Virus record (IMG/VR): IMGVR_UViG_3300030330_004701
Span: 80,966-144,965 of that record
Direction: 5' to 3' (one strand)
Origin: a virus
Lineage: Duplodnaviria > Caudoviricetes
DNA length: 64,000 bases
The translations under genes were made by a program, and so were the position numbers. Shown here piece after piece: positions 19,092 through 28,596 of the stretch. The notes beneath the pieces were generated by a model, which did no database searches, was not told the DNA's origin, and saw nothing but the letters and a program-made list of their open reading frames with translations. Each line of letters opens with the position of its first letter. The stretch's first letter is position 1.

Positions 19092-20298
19092 ACAGTTCGG
19101 TTATAACCTTGCCGGAGTTAGCGATTTTCATAGGTCTACCACTGTTGCTAGTAAACGTAGTACCCAAAGAGATACCAAGTGCTTTGCAAACAGAAGCCAT
19201 GACATCCTGAGATGTATATGGTTCAGTTTCAACACGAGTACCATCTGAGTTTGTTTCGCCAATGGCTATGCCGCCATTCATTCCAGCTCCACCAACAACA
19301 ACACTCCAGCTTCGCGCCCAATGGTCACGACCAGCATTACCGTTGATACGGGGAGTCCTACTGAACTCACCCATCCAAATAATCGCTGTGTCTTGTAATA
19401 ACCCACGCTGCTCTAAGTCTTCATACAGCGCGCTCATGCCTTGATCTAACATGGGCAGTTTCGTGTCTCTTAATGTGGGAAAAATGTTCTGATGATTGTC
19501 CCAACCACCTAAATTAACTTCAATGAATGGCACTCCTGCTTCGACTAAACGTCGTGCCATCAAGCACCCCTTCCCAAAGTTATTATTTCCGTATCTTTCT
19601 TTTATATTTTCGGGCTCGCTAGCCACTTTGAGTGCGTCCATTTGGGCACTTGTTAGAACATTAAATGTCTCTTTAAGGATCGCCTGATGTTCTTTTGCTA
19701 ATGACCCTCTTCTCTGATTTATAAAATTACTCTCAATAGCATCTAAAGCGTAAGCCCTTTGGTAGAACCTCTGATCTACTTTCATATCTAGATTTCTGAT
19801 TCTGCCATCACTATTAACAACAAAAGGATTGTATTTAGCTCCTAGAAAACCTGCTCCCATACTTCCTCCTCCCACCGAGATGAACTGGGGGATTGCCAAA
19901 TCATTCCGTCTTAATTGATGGGATAGGACAGATCCATAGCTAGGATGGTCAATGCTAGGATTAGGAACGTAGCCAGTGTGCATGTAATAACGACCACGCA
20001 TATGGTCAGCTTCACGAGTACTCATACTGCGGACAATAGCGGCATTGTGCATCTGTTTAGCCATAAGTGGCATATGTTCTGTTATTTGAACATCACCGCT
20101 AGTAGCTATAGGTCGAAATGCACCGCCTGTTGGAGCACCCGGTTTAAGATCCCAAATATCCATTGTCGAAGGGCCTCCACCCATCCACAATAAGATCGCT
20201 GACTTTCCATTCTTTTTTAGTTGGTCTTCATTTGCTTTCACTGTCTCTGCTAAAGACAGGGCGCTCATCACAGATGTTAAAAATGTTCGTCTTTTCAT
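19084..20298 (-). CDS. DUF1501 family protein (Tat signal), copy 1
   Basis: MKRRTFL; ILLWMGGGPSTMDIWDLKP; ARRLVEAGV; GGWDNH; GEFSRTPRIN...GRDHW. Confidence 0.88.
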   Translation of the reverse strand: MKRRTFLTSVMSALSLAETVKANEDQLKKNGKSAILLWMGGGPSTMDIWDLKPGAPTGGAFRPIATSGDVQITEHMPLMAKQMHNAAIVRSMSTREADHMRGRYYMHTGYVPNPSIDHPSYGSVLSHQLRRNDLAIPQFISVGGGSMGAGFLGAKYNPFVVNSDGRIRNLDMKVDQRFYQRAYALDAIESNFINQRRGSLAKEHQAILKETFNVLTSAQMDALKVASEPENIKERYGNNNFGKGCLMARRLVEAGVPFIEVNLGGWDNHQNIFPTLRDTKLPMLDQGMSALYEDLEQRGLLQDTAIIWMGEFSRTPRINGNAGRDHWARSWSVVVGGAGMNGGIAIGETNSDGTRVETEPYTSQDVMASVCKALGISLGTTFTSNSGRPMKIANSGKVITELFG

Positions 20299-21696
20299 TT
20301 ATCCTACTCCTAATAAAAGCATACCGCCGCCACCACCGCTAGAACCAAGACTGTGTTGGTCTGCACCAATATCCCAAGTTACATTTGTTGTGTATCTATC
20401 AGTGCCATCTATATCATACTGAACATTGTCACTATTGCCCAAATCAGTCCCAGCCTGTAGTGCAACTGAATCATCACCTATATGTAAATCTTCAGAGCCA
20501 GCACTTGTAGAAATAAAATCTATGTCAGTTAAACTCTTACCTATTAAGGCGCTAGTGTCATTATAACTTTTGCCCATATCTTTTGCATTGTAAGTCGAAT
20601 GAGTAGTGGTATCAGAAAGGTTTGTGGCTATATCTGCATAGTCATAAAATTGAGCTTGATATGCTCGCTCATGGTCTGAGGCTCCACTAGCATAGAGTCC
20701 CGCAACAATATTGTTTTTAACTTCATCTGCATAACCTCCAGCAAAGTATATACCTTGGGCATGTTTACTGCTTCCTGCGGAATCTACGAAATAAATGGTA
20801 TTATTGTAGATCTTTACTCCACCCTCGTCTCCGGGATTTGCATTATGCACCATGATCGCAATCGTCGTATCGTTGCTGGTTTCATGGAATCTGTACAAAA
20901 TATTGTTTTGTATTTTGAACGTCGATCCCGATGACATTCTGTCACAAAAGATTACACGAGGACCACTAGTTCCCGGATTACCATATTTGTCGTGCAACAG
21001 ACAGTTTCTTATAATAGCATCATCTCCCGCATTATTTCTGAACGCTATATTTGTAGCTGTAGAATTCAAAGAGTCTAAACTTATGTCTAGCCATTCCAAA
21101 GTAAAATTAGCTATTTCCGATTGAATAATCCCGTAATTGTGTGTCGTCCCAGATGTTGGCTTTAATAGCATTCCGCTTTCAGCTGTCCCATCATGCCTGT
21201 CTGCTGAGTTTACAGTTAGAGTGACACTGTTTAAACTTTGCTTATTATTAAAAATTACACCACTGTCTGTGAACGTAGAATCTGCATGACACTCACCAAT
21301 AAGATCATCACTGGAGCCCCAATAAAGATCACTAGTGTCATCAACCATTGCTTCAAATAGAGTTATGGTAGAAAATGCCCTCTTGAAAGTCCCAGAAGCC
21401 TGCTGAAATGAAGGATCAAAAAAATTATTATACGGACTTTGATTGCCCGAACCACTGCCTCCATCATTAAGGTATTTTAAAGTATAATTACTGCCAGAAA
21501 TAGCTGTTAGCAAATATGTAGTTGTACCCATAAAGCTAGACTCATCAGTGATTACAAAAATATCACCCACCGCTGCATTTGCACTAACCGAAGAGGTAAA
21601 TGTTATAACATATTCTCCACTGACAGTGGAACTACTAGCAGGCGTAACTGTGGCTATGCTCTGATTTGATCCTATGCTTACTGTTGTTGTAGCCAT
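20299..21696 (-). CDS. Parallel beta-helix (pectin-lyase-like) protein, possibly virion-associated
   Basis: Repeated IRNC/IQNNI/IYNNTI/VKNNI strands; DIDG...WDIGADQ motif; Ser/Thr-rich; C-terminal GGGGGMLLLGVG. Confidence 0.55.
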   Translation of the reverse strand: MATTTVSIGSNQSIATVTPASSSTVSGEYVITFTSSVSANAAVGDIFVITDESSFMGTTTYLLTAISGSNYTLKYLNDGGSGSGNQSPYNNFFDPSFQQASGTFKRAFSTITLFEAMVDDTSDLYWGSSDDLIGECHADSTFTDSGVIFNNKQSLNSVTLTVNSADRHDGTAESGMLLKPTSGTTHNYGIIQSEIANFTLEWLDISLDSLNSTATNIAFRNNAGDDAIIRNCLLHDKYGNPGTSGPRVIFCDRMSSGSTFKIQNNILYRFHETSNDTTIAIMVHNANPGDEGGVKIYNNTIYFVDSAGSSKHAQGIYFAGGYADEVKNNIVAGLYASGASDHERAYQAQFYDYADIATNLSDTTTHSTYNAKDMGKSYNDTSALIGKSLTDIDFISTSAGSEDLHIGDDSVALQAGTDLGNSDNVQYDIDGTDRYTTNVTWDIGADQHSLGSSGGGGGMLLLGVG

Positions 21697-22514
21697 TATA
21701 TTAACCCTTCTGTAATTTTGTCATATGTTAAAATATCTATGTGTTCTCTTTCGTCCATAGGTTTCCTGCAGTCACACACAATGTTTGCATTTCTTAAATC
21801 ATCAACGGTTTCTCCAAGCTCTGTAGCCAAATCCCAGTAAGGGACAAACCATTGCCTTTTAGCTAAAACAATTGGCTTAGATTCTTCGCTATTTTCAGAT
21901 TGTTCTTCTACTGCGGAAGATCTTCTCGAATAAACGGTTCCTCCAGAAAGTTCAACCCTAGTAAAAGAGTCTCCAGTATAACTTCTGCCGGACATATTTA
22001 TACATACAAAATGTCTCTTCTCTATATCAGTGAAAGACCACATACTATGGTCAGATCTAAGGTAGTCCGTTTCACTTTCTATAATGTTCCAAACCGGCAG
22101 GATAAAATCAGAAAGTGCGTTGGTTCTAAGTTTACCGTACCAGACTTCTGAACCATCAGTTCCGAATATTTTATGATTGGCATTTCTTAATCGTCTAGAT
22201 ATAAACAAAGCTGCATTTATTTTTTCATCATCAGAGTTAGCAGTTTTATTTAGTATATCCTGCTGTCCCGTAATAAGGTTTGTTCTTCTTACATCGTTTG
22301 CATTAACCCTTTCAAATTTATAGGTACGTGTAGCAGCCAAAAACTTTTCTAACAGAGTATTCCTGTCTCTCATCCCAGAAGTATTGAAACCGAAATTTCT
22401 AGGATTACATATATTTTCTGCGTGAGCAAAATTTATACTGTCTAAGCACTTAACGTCAACAACATCTCCGTCTTTGTAGGATGCGCCATCGTTAACTTTT
22501 ACTATTACTTCCAT
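21696..22514 (-). CDS. Hypothetical protein
   Basis: 272 aa ORF with SD. Confidence 0.6.
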   Translation of the reverse strand: MEVIVKVNDGASYKDGDVVDVKCLDSINFAHAENICNPRNFGFNTSGMRDRNTLLEKFLAATRTYKFERVNANDVRRTNLITGQQDILNKTANSDDEKINAALFISRRLRNANHKIFGTDGSEVWYGKLRTNALSDFILPVWNIIESETDYLRSDHSMWSFTDIEKRHFVCINMSGRSYTGDSFTRVELSGGTVYSRRSSAVEEQSENSEESKPIVLAKRQWFVPYWDLATELGETVDDLRNANIVCDCRKPMDEREHIDILTYDKITEGLI

Positions 22515-22535
22515 TATACCCTCTCTCTTTCTACA

Positions 22536-23192
22536 TTATGTTGTAATCTCTAAGTCACACGCTTCGCTTCCGCTTGAATAGTCGTATGATCTTAGGTTGA
22601 GTAATGTTGTGGCTGGATATGATACTGCAATCCACACTGCAAACATCATTGAGTTTCCACTTGACCAACCGGCACGGTCTACAATTTCCTGAACGATGTC
22701 TTTAATATCGGTACTTGTTATCTGACCAAATCCTGTCCCAGTCACCCAGTTAGTTATTCCAGCAGTCGTGAAATTACTCGCTGCCAAATCACTACCCGCA
22801 GTAGGGGCAGACACATTATCTTTATCAAATCCCTTTACAGAAACTGTCCTATTTGGATAGCCGTTTTTGTATGGCTTTAAGTAGGCAGATGAGATTGTTG
22901 CCCCTTGTGGAACCGTTACATTCTGGAATCTGAAATACCCTAAAAAATGGTCTATATAGTTAGGCCAAGCATCCCAATCTTCCTGCAACCCGACATTTAC
23001 ATTACTTCCGCTATTGTAAAGAGTTCCCCAGCCAGATGTAGGAGTAGACACGGAGCTAGTAGACTTCATCGAATAGCCATCATCCGCGCTAGCAGAGACT
23101 GTAAATGTTTGTGTTCCACCGCCTCCGCCGCCGCCTCCGCCTCCGCCGCCTCCGCCGCCTCTGCCCGCGCCTAATAGTAATAAATCGCCCAT
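22536..23192 (-). CDS. Poly-Gly-linked beta-sandwich protein, possibly virion decoration or adhesin
   Basis: MGDLLLLGAGR, poly-Gly tract, then FRFQNVTVPQGATISSAYL...IVQEIVDRAGWSSGN domain recalled from extracellular and phage tail proteins. Confidence 0.5.
   Translation of the reverse strand: MGDLLLLGAGRGGGGGGGGGGGGGGGTQTFTVSASADDGYSMKSTSSVSTPTSGWGTLYNSGSNVNVGLQEDWDAWPNYIDHFLGYFRFQNVTVPQGATISSAYLKPYKNGYPNRTVSVKGFDKDNVSAPTAGSDLAASNFTTAGITNWVTGTGFGQITSTDIKDIVQEIVDRAGWSSGNSMMFAVWIAVSYPATTLLNLRSYDYSSGSEACDLEITT
23117..23160. repeat. GC-rich trinucleotide tract (GGC/GGA) encoding poly-glycine
   Basis: ccaccgcctccgccgccgcctccgcctccgccgcctccgccgcct on the + strand. Confidence 0.85.
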
Positions 23193-23213
23193 AATATCAT
23201 CACCCTATTTTGT

Positions 23214-23600
23214 TTACCATCTAAATTGAAAAAAGAAGCCGTGAAATGGACCCGGATAGACCGGCATTGGTTGAGGCTGAATAACTACAGGAGGCTGAAT
23301 AATCACAGGGGGATAATAAGAGGGGACTCTATAATATCTGAAATGTGGGTTCACGGGTCTATAGTAATTATAAAAACCAAAGCTATGTTTGTTCTCAACT
23401 CTTGGTTGCTGATGCTCAGGCTGAGGCTTCTGCCACTGTTGCTTTCCGGGAATTGTAGGTCTTGCTGTAGGAGGTCTTGTAAAGTCTCTAGGTTGACTTC
23501 TAACAACTTGCGGCGGCTTGATAACTTTGCGTTCTGGCTGATCCGCATTTGCAGATAAAGGCACAAATAACAAGCATAATAGTGAGGCTAAATATTTCAT
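23214..23600 (-). CDS. Secreted Pro/Tyr-rich low-complexity protein
   Basis: Signal peptide MKYLASLLCLLFVPLSANA; PPVIIQPPVVIQPQP. Confidence 0.6.
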   Translation of the reverse strand: MKYLASLLCLLFVPLSANADQPERKVIKPPQVVRSQPRDFTRPPTARPTIPGKQQWQKPQPEHQQPRVENKHSFGFYNYYRPVNPHFRYYRVPSYYPPVIIQPPVVIQPQPMPVYPGPFHGFFFQFRW

Positions 23601-24883
23601 TATATTAACTCCTTTAATGGTTCTCTGTGATCTAGAAGATATTGAGGTCTTCCAGTATTATCTAATAAGGTTGTAGACATTGTATCAATACCTAAGCCTC
23701 TATACATTGTAGCGCATATTTCTTGAATATGTACTGGTCTAGATTCAGGAATTTCGCCAAGCCTATTTGTTTCTCCTACAGTCTGTCCGTGATTAAACCC
23801 TCCTCCTGCGAGTAAAGCACAAGAAACTTGAGGCCAGTGATCACGACCACCCTTTGGATTAATCTTGGGCGTTCTACCAAACTCTCCCCACACTACAACA
23901 AGTGTGTCATCAAGCATGCCACGTTGGTCAAGGTCTCGAACAAGTGCTGATACGCACTGGTCAAGTTTTGCACCATGATCTCTAACCAAGTCGAAGTTAG
24001 AGCCATGACTATCCCAGCGCCCATAAGAAAGAGTAACAGAACGAGCTCCAGCTTCAACAAGCCTTCGCGCCATGAGAACATGTTCATTAACAGTCGGTGC
24101 TCCATCATATTGGAATTTAAAGGGTTTACCGTCTCCATACATTTCTCTAATCTTTGGGTCTTCCTTTGACAAATCCAAAGCGTTCACCAAAGAGCTTGAT
24201 GTCAAAACACCAAAGGCCTCTTCAGTAAAAGTGTCTACGTTAACAGCTTTATCTATAGTTCTATTTAGTTGTGCAAATCCCGTTAATAGGTCTTTGCGAT
24301 TTTTGAATCTCTCAACTTCCATATTAAGTTTGAGATCCTTCATCATCTCGCCATTTGGCTTAAATGGCTTGTGTGTGTCTCCTAAGTAGCCAGCTCCTCC
24401 AGCCTCTGACCAAGGGTTGTGCTGTGTAGGTTCTGCCAATCCTACCGCAACTGGTACGGCAGGATCAACAGATCCCAAAATTTTAGAAGCGCACGCTCCG
24501 ATGGCAGGATAGTTGACTCCAGATACCATATCTTTCCGGCTCCATCCGGTAACACACTGGTATCCATCATGAGAGCCATCCGAACCGACAACAGAACGAA
24601 CCGCAGTAAACTTATCAAACATAGACGCAATTTGCGGAAAACACTCTCCGATGTATACTCCCGCCACATTGGTCGAGATCGGTTTAAATGGGCCACGGAT
24701 TTCCGATGGAGCTTCAGTCTTGATATCCCACATGTCTTGGTGCGGTGGGCCACCGCCAAGAAATATATTGATAACCGCCTTATGAGACGTTCCGCTTTCC
24801 TCTTGGGCACGCAATACTTGTGGCATAGAAAGAAGACCGAGACCACCTACGGACAAAAAACTTCTACGTGATAAATTAAGCAT
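23600..24883 (-). CDS. DUF1501 family protein (Tat signal), copy 2
   Basis: SRRSFL; FLGGGPPHQDMWDIK; ARRLVEAG; WDSH; GEFGRTPKIN...GRDHW. Confidence 0.88.
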   Translation of the reverse strand: MLNLSRRSFLSVGGLGLLSMPQVLRAQEESGTSHKAVINIFLGGGPPHQDMWDIKTEAPSEIRGPFKPISTNVAGVYIGECFPQIASMFDKFTAVRSVVGSDGSHDGYQCVTGWSRKDMVSGVNYPAIGACASKILGSVDPAVPVAVGLAEPTQHNPWSEAGGAGYLGDTHKPFKPNGEMMKDLKLNMEVERFKNRKDLLTGFAQLNRTIDKAVNVDTFTEEAFGVLTSSSLVNALDLSKEDPKIREMYGDGKPFKFQYDGAPTVNEHVLMARRLVEAGARSVTLSYGRWDSHGSNFDLVRDHGAKLDQCVSALVRDLDQRGMLDDTLVVVWGEFGRTPKINPKGGRDHWPQVSCALLAGGGFNHGQTVGETNRLGEIPESRPVHIQEICATMYRGLGIDTMSTTLLDNTGRPQYLLDHREPLKELI

Positions 24884-24899
24884 AATACACCTCTAATTT

Positions 24900-25094
24900 T
24901 TAGCTAATGCATTTGGGGCATTTACATACCTCTACCTTACAAATGCAACTTGTTTCTAGACACGGACACTCATCTACACAAACTTTACAAACTGCTGGTT
25001 CGTCGATATTAAGCATCTCTTTTATCTCCTCTTTGTTAATTAAGCATAACGCCGCAACTATAATAATTGCTACAAGCGGAAGTTTGATCTTCAT
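24900..25094 (-). CDS. Small exported Cys-rich (metallothionein-like) protein
   Basis: Hydrophobic N-terminus then CKVCVDECPCLETSCICKVEVCKCPKC. Confidence 0.55.
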   Translation of the reverse strand: MKIKLPLVAIIIVAALCLINKEEIKEMLNIDEPAVCKVCVDECPCLETSCICKVEVCKCPKCIS

Positions 25095-25112
25095 AATACG
25101 ATCACCCCCTCT

Positions 25113-26411
25113 CTAAATAATAAGGTCTTGTCGAACTGTACCACCGTCCACAATTTCTATAGGACGATCTCCCGGAGCCATAAGCTCCTTATCGGAAACG
25201 ATTCCGATTCTATTGTATATTGTTGCTGCCCAATCCTCTACTGTCATTGGGTTATCTTCTGGTTCGCTTGCTGTAGCGTTGGAAGTTCCATAAACCATCC
25301 CGTTTTTAATGCCTCCTCCAGCCATAACTACACTGAAAACCTTTGGCCAGTGGTCACGCCCAGCGTTGGCATTAATCTTAGGAGTTCTTCCAAATTCAGA
25401 TGCTAGACACACTAAAGTTGAATCAAGCATACCTCTATCACTAAGATCTTCAATAAGAGCCGCGAGCCCTTGATCCAGTGCAGGCACCTGCCCACGAATA
25501 CCATTTTCTATATTGTCGTGCATATCCCATCCACCATAGGTGAGTGTAACAAATCGAGTTCCAGCTTCCACTAAACGGCGAGCCAAAAGCATGCGAGCGC
25601 CAGCAGTATTTCTGCCATACTTATCTCGCATTGCATCGCTTTCTTTATTAATATCAAAAGCGTCTCTGGCCTTCTCGCTGCTAATTAAACTATAAGCACG
25701 ATCATAAAAACTATCTACAGCGTCTAAAGAGTCTGATTTTTCTTTAGTAGCGAAGTAATCGTTTACTGCGGTGAGCATTTTTCTTCTTGTTCCAAATCTA
25801 CCATCGTTTACTCCGTTTGGTAGTTTCAAGTCTCGAACTTGGAAATTGTCGCTTGCCGGATCAGCGCCTAGACTAAAACCCGAGAAGGAGCTACTCAAAT
25901 ATCCAGTACCTGCATATTCATTAGGTTGGTCTGGGATACACACATACGGAGGAAGGTTTTGACGGGGCCCAAACTCATGCGCAACCACTGAACCCATTGA
26001 TGGGTATTGAAGGGCTGGGCTAGGTCTATAACCAGTAAACATATTATGTGTGCCTCGTTCATGAGCCGCTTCTCCATGTGTCATACTGCGAATAATCGTC
26101 ATCTTATCTGTAACTTTGGATGTTTTGACCATCATCTCATTTAATCTAGTTCCGGGAACTACGGTTTCAATGCTAGACATTGGCCCTCTGTACTCAAGAG
26201 GAGCAAAAGGTTTAGGATCAAATGTCTCTTGATGAGCCGAACCTCCCGGCAAATAGATATAAATAACAGACTTTGCTGGGCCTTCAATACTTTCATAAAA
26301 CTTCTGGTCAGCCTGAGCTTGCTCCATACGGAAATAATCCGATAGGCTTAAACCCAAACCACCCAAAAAACCAACTTGCAGAAAAGATCTGCGATTACTT
26401 TTGCAATTCAT
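25113..26411 (-). CDS. DUF1501 family protein (Tat signal), copy 3
   Basis: Start MNCKSNRRSFL; YLPGGSAHQETFDPKP; GGWDMH; SEFGRTPKINANAGRDHW. Confidence 0.88.
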   Translation of the reverse strand: MNCKSNRRSFLQVGFLGGLGLSLSDYFRMEQAQADQKFYESIEGPAKSVIYIYLPGGSAHQETFDPKPFAPLEYRGPMSSIETVVPGTRLNEMMVKTSKVTDKMTIIRSMTHGEAAHERGTHNMFTGYRPSPALQYPSMGSVVAHEFGPRQNLPPYVCIPDQPNEYAGTGYLSSSFSGFSLGADPASDNFQVRDLKLPNGVNDGRFGTRRKMLTAVNDYFATKEKSDSLDAVDSFYDRAYSLISSEKARDAFDINKESDAMRDKYGRNTAGARMLLARRLVEAGTRFVTLTYGGWDMHDNIENGIRGQVPALDQGLAALIEDLSDRGMLDSTLVCLASEFGRTPKINANAGRDHWPKVFSVVMAGGGIKNGMVYGTSNATASEPEDNPMTVEDWAATIYNRIGIVSDKELMAPGDRPIEIVDGGTVRQDLII

Positions 26412-26421
26412 AAAATTTCCT

Positions 26422-27333
26422 TTACCACATTTTGCAAGACCAGTACCGAGCTTTCCATTTTGGGCCCGGAGCTGTATCACATTTGTGTCTTGCTCTAAAA
26501 CTTCTTCTTCTTTCAGGGTTATCCCTTTTAATTTCCATATTAGGATCGCCAAATCTAACAATAACAACTTTACCAGATCCATTCTTAGTATAAACTGCAA
26601 ATTTCTTTGGCCCATCAGGGGTTCTAAAAGGTTTATTTAAAGTGACTTTTCTGCCTTGATATTCTGCCGCTTTGGATTTTCTTGGATGTCCCTTTGGGAG
26701 AAGGTCATTATCCTGCGTATATCCAGAATTAGAAGGCTTACCAGTTCTAAGTAATGTCAAAAAGGCATTTACTCTAGCCATAGCCCATCCATCTCTGGAC
26801 ATTTTTGGTGCATGACTTGTTGAATAGGCTCCAGCTCCTCTGCGATACACAGCTTTGAGCATACCAAGAGTTGCTTTTGATCCTTTGCCTTTAGCATTAT
26901 GCTCTTTGACTTTCTTAGAAAGTCTTTCGGTGGTCTTTTTACTAAAAGTGATTTTACCACTTGGGTTCTTTGCGCTATCAGGCTTGTTTCTTTTTGAACC
27001 TTTCTTCTGATCTTTCTTTGGTGCGGGAGTTCTACGAGGATCTCTAGGGCCGGGCTTGTCAGATTGAGCTTTCTTCAACTCTTCTTGACTAGGACGACCT
27101 TCTTTTTCAGTGCGAGCAGGACGATAGTTATCCCCTTCTCTCTGCTTCTTTTTTCTAATGTTTTCCCACAATCCCGGCTTTGCTTCTGAGAAGTCGTATT
27201 CTTCAGTTTCTTCACCAAAGTCTACATATTCTGCCTCAGCTGGGATGTAAATGTTTTCTTCTGTTACCTCTTCAGTGTAACCAGTTTCATTTAAGTATTC
27301 ATTGAGTGCGCTTGCGTAATTTTCTTTTCTCAT
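26422..27333 (-). CDS. Basic multi-domain phage protein
   Basis: LKAVYRRGAGAY...WAMARVNAFL and C-terminal AEYQGRKVTLNKP...FGDP...SFRARHKC...ARYWSC modules recalled from aquatic virus hypotheticals. Confidence 0.55.
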   Translation of the reverse strand: MRKENYASALNEYLNETGYTEEVTEENIYIPAEAEYVDFGEETEEYDFSEAKPGLWENIRKKKQREGDNYRPARTEKEGRPSQEELKKAQSDKPGPRDPRRTPAPKKDQKKGSKRNKPDSAKNPSGKITFSKKTTERLSKKVKEHNAKGKGSKATLGMLKAVYRRGAGAYSTSHAPKMSRDGWAMARVNAFLTLLRTGKPSNSGYTQDNDLLPKGHPRKSKAAEYQGRKVTLNKPFRTPDGPKKFAVYTKNGSGKVVIVRFGDPNMEIKRDNPERRRSFRARHKCDTAPGPKWKARYWSCKMW

Positions 27334-28586
27334 TATAGTATCACCTTTGCTTCGCCTTCCAGTAAATATCTTGGTCGTCCACCGTTATCTACACGTTGAA
27401 TTCCCTTGTCTATTCCAAAATGATTAAATAATGTTGCTTGTAAATCTAATGGGCCAACTGGGTTCTCTATTGGACTGTAAGACCTGTCTGAAGCACCAAT
27501 AGTTCTACCCGATTGATAGTCTCCTCCAGCCATTACCATTGGTGTAATTGCAGGCCAGTGATCTCTACCAGCATTTGCATTTATTTTTGTTCTACCAAAT
27601 TCACCAGTGACTACTAATAATACTTTATCATTCAAACCCTTATCCCACACATCCTGTAGAAATCCGCTAATAGCTTTATCGACAGGAGCAACTCTTTTCT
27701 TTAGAGCGTCTGAAATATTACTATGCATATCCCAGCCTCCATAATGTAAAGTAATAAACTTTGTGCCATGCTCGACGAGACGACGAGCCAATAGCATTTG
27801 TTCACCAATATCGTTGGCTTTCTCTGAGCCGTATAGGGCTCTCATTTTTTCTGGCTCTTTATCTGTTGCAAATGCATTTTTTGCAGAGCCAAGAATAACA
27901 TCATATGCTTGCCCCTTATAGAAGTCTACAGAGTCTGCACTTTGGCCAGCCACTCTAGCTGCATCTAATCCTCTGAGCAAGTCTTTTCTTGTTGAGAATC
28001 TGTCGAGTTCAACTCTTGGTGTGAGATTGTCTTTATTGGACGGATCAAATGGTTTAAATGCTCCACCCAGCCAAGCGCCTTCATCACCTTCGATTTTACC
28101 TTGTTTAACATATGTTGGTACTCCGTTCTGTGGATGATTCGCACCATAGACAGCGGAAACAATAGAACCAAAAGACGGATATTTAGCTATAGATGTTGTG
28201 GTTCTTTCTGGGTTATAATGCCCAGTCATCATGAAGTGTGTTCCTTGTCTGTGCGATGAATCTTTGTGACTAAAAGAATTTATTACGTTTAATTTAGATG
28301 TATGTTGAGCTAAGCCCGTCCAGTCTGCTCCTAGTGTAATATTAGTTTTAGAATCATGAATTGCTCCATTTACTGGTTGCCATTCAGTTGGAACTGTATC
28401 GTTGGGAGCGTGAAATGTTTCAAACTGAGTTGGGCCACCTCCAAGCCACACCCAGACAACAGCCTTATCTTCGTGCGACAGGACATCCTGAGCAAGGGCA
28501 TAATCAGATAATCCTACAGCGCTGAGGCCAGCACCAATACTTCCTATTCTCAAAAAGTTCCTGCGGTCGAAAATAAAGTCTAACAT
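27333..28586 (-). CDS. DUF1501 family protein (Tat signal), copy 4
   Basis: DRRNFL; WLGGGPTQFETF; ARRLVEHG; GGWDMH; GEFGRTKINANAGRDHW. Confidence 0.85.
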   Translation of the reverse strand: MLDFIFDRRNFLRIGSIGAGLSAVGLSDYALAQDVLSHEDKAVVWVWLGGGPTQFETFHAPNDTVPTEWQPVNGAIHDSKTNITLGADWTGLAQHTSKLNVINSFSHKDSSHRQGTHFMMTGHYNPERTTTSIAKYPSFGSIVSAVYGANHPQNGVPTYVKQGKIEGDEGAWLGGAFKPFDPSNKDNLTPRVELDRFSTRKDLLRGLDAARVAGQSADSVDFYKGQAYDVILGSAKNAFATDKEPEKMRALYGSEKANDIGEQMLLARRLVEHGTKFITLHYGGWDMHSNISDALKKRVAPVDKAISGFLQDVWDKGLNDKVLLVVTGEFGRTKINANAGRDHWPAITPMVMAGGDYQSGRTIGASDRSYSPIENPVGPLDLQATLFNHFGIDKGIQRVDNGGRPRYLLEGEAKVIL

Positions 28587-28596
28587 TTTGGTCTCC

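Noticed and set aside
26412-26615. 68-aa N-terminal extension of DUF1501 copy 3 in the ORF track
   Set aside because: Overlaps the upstream gene; the SD and Tat motif support the start at 26411
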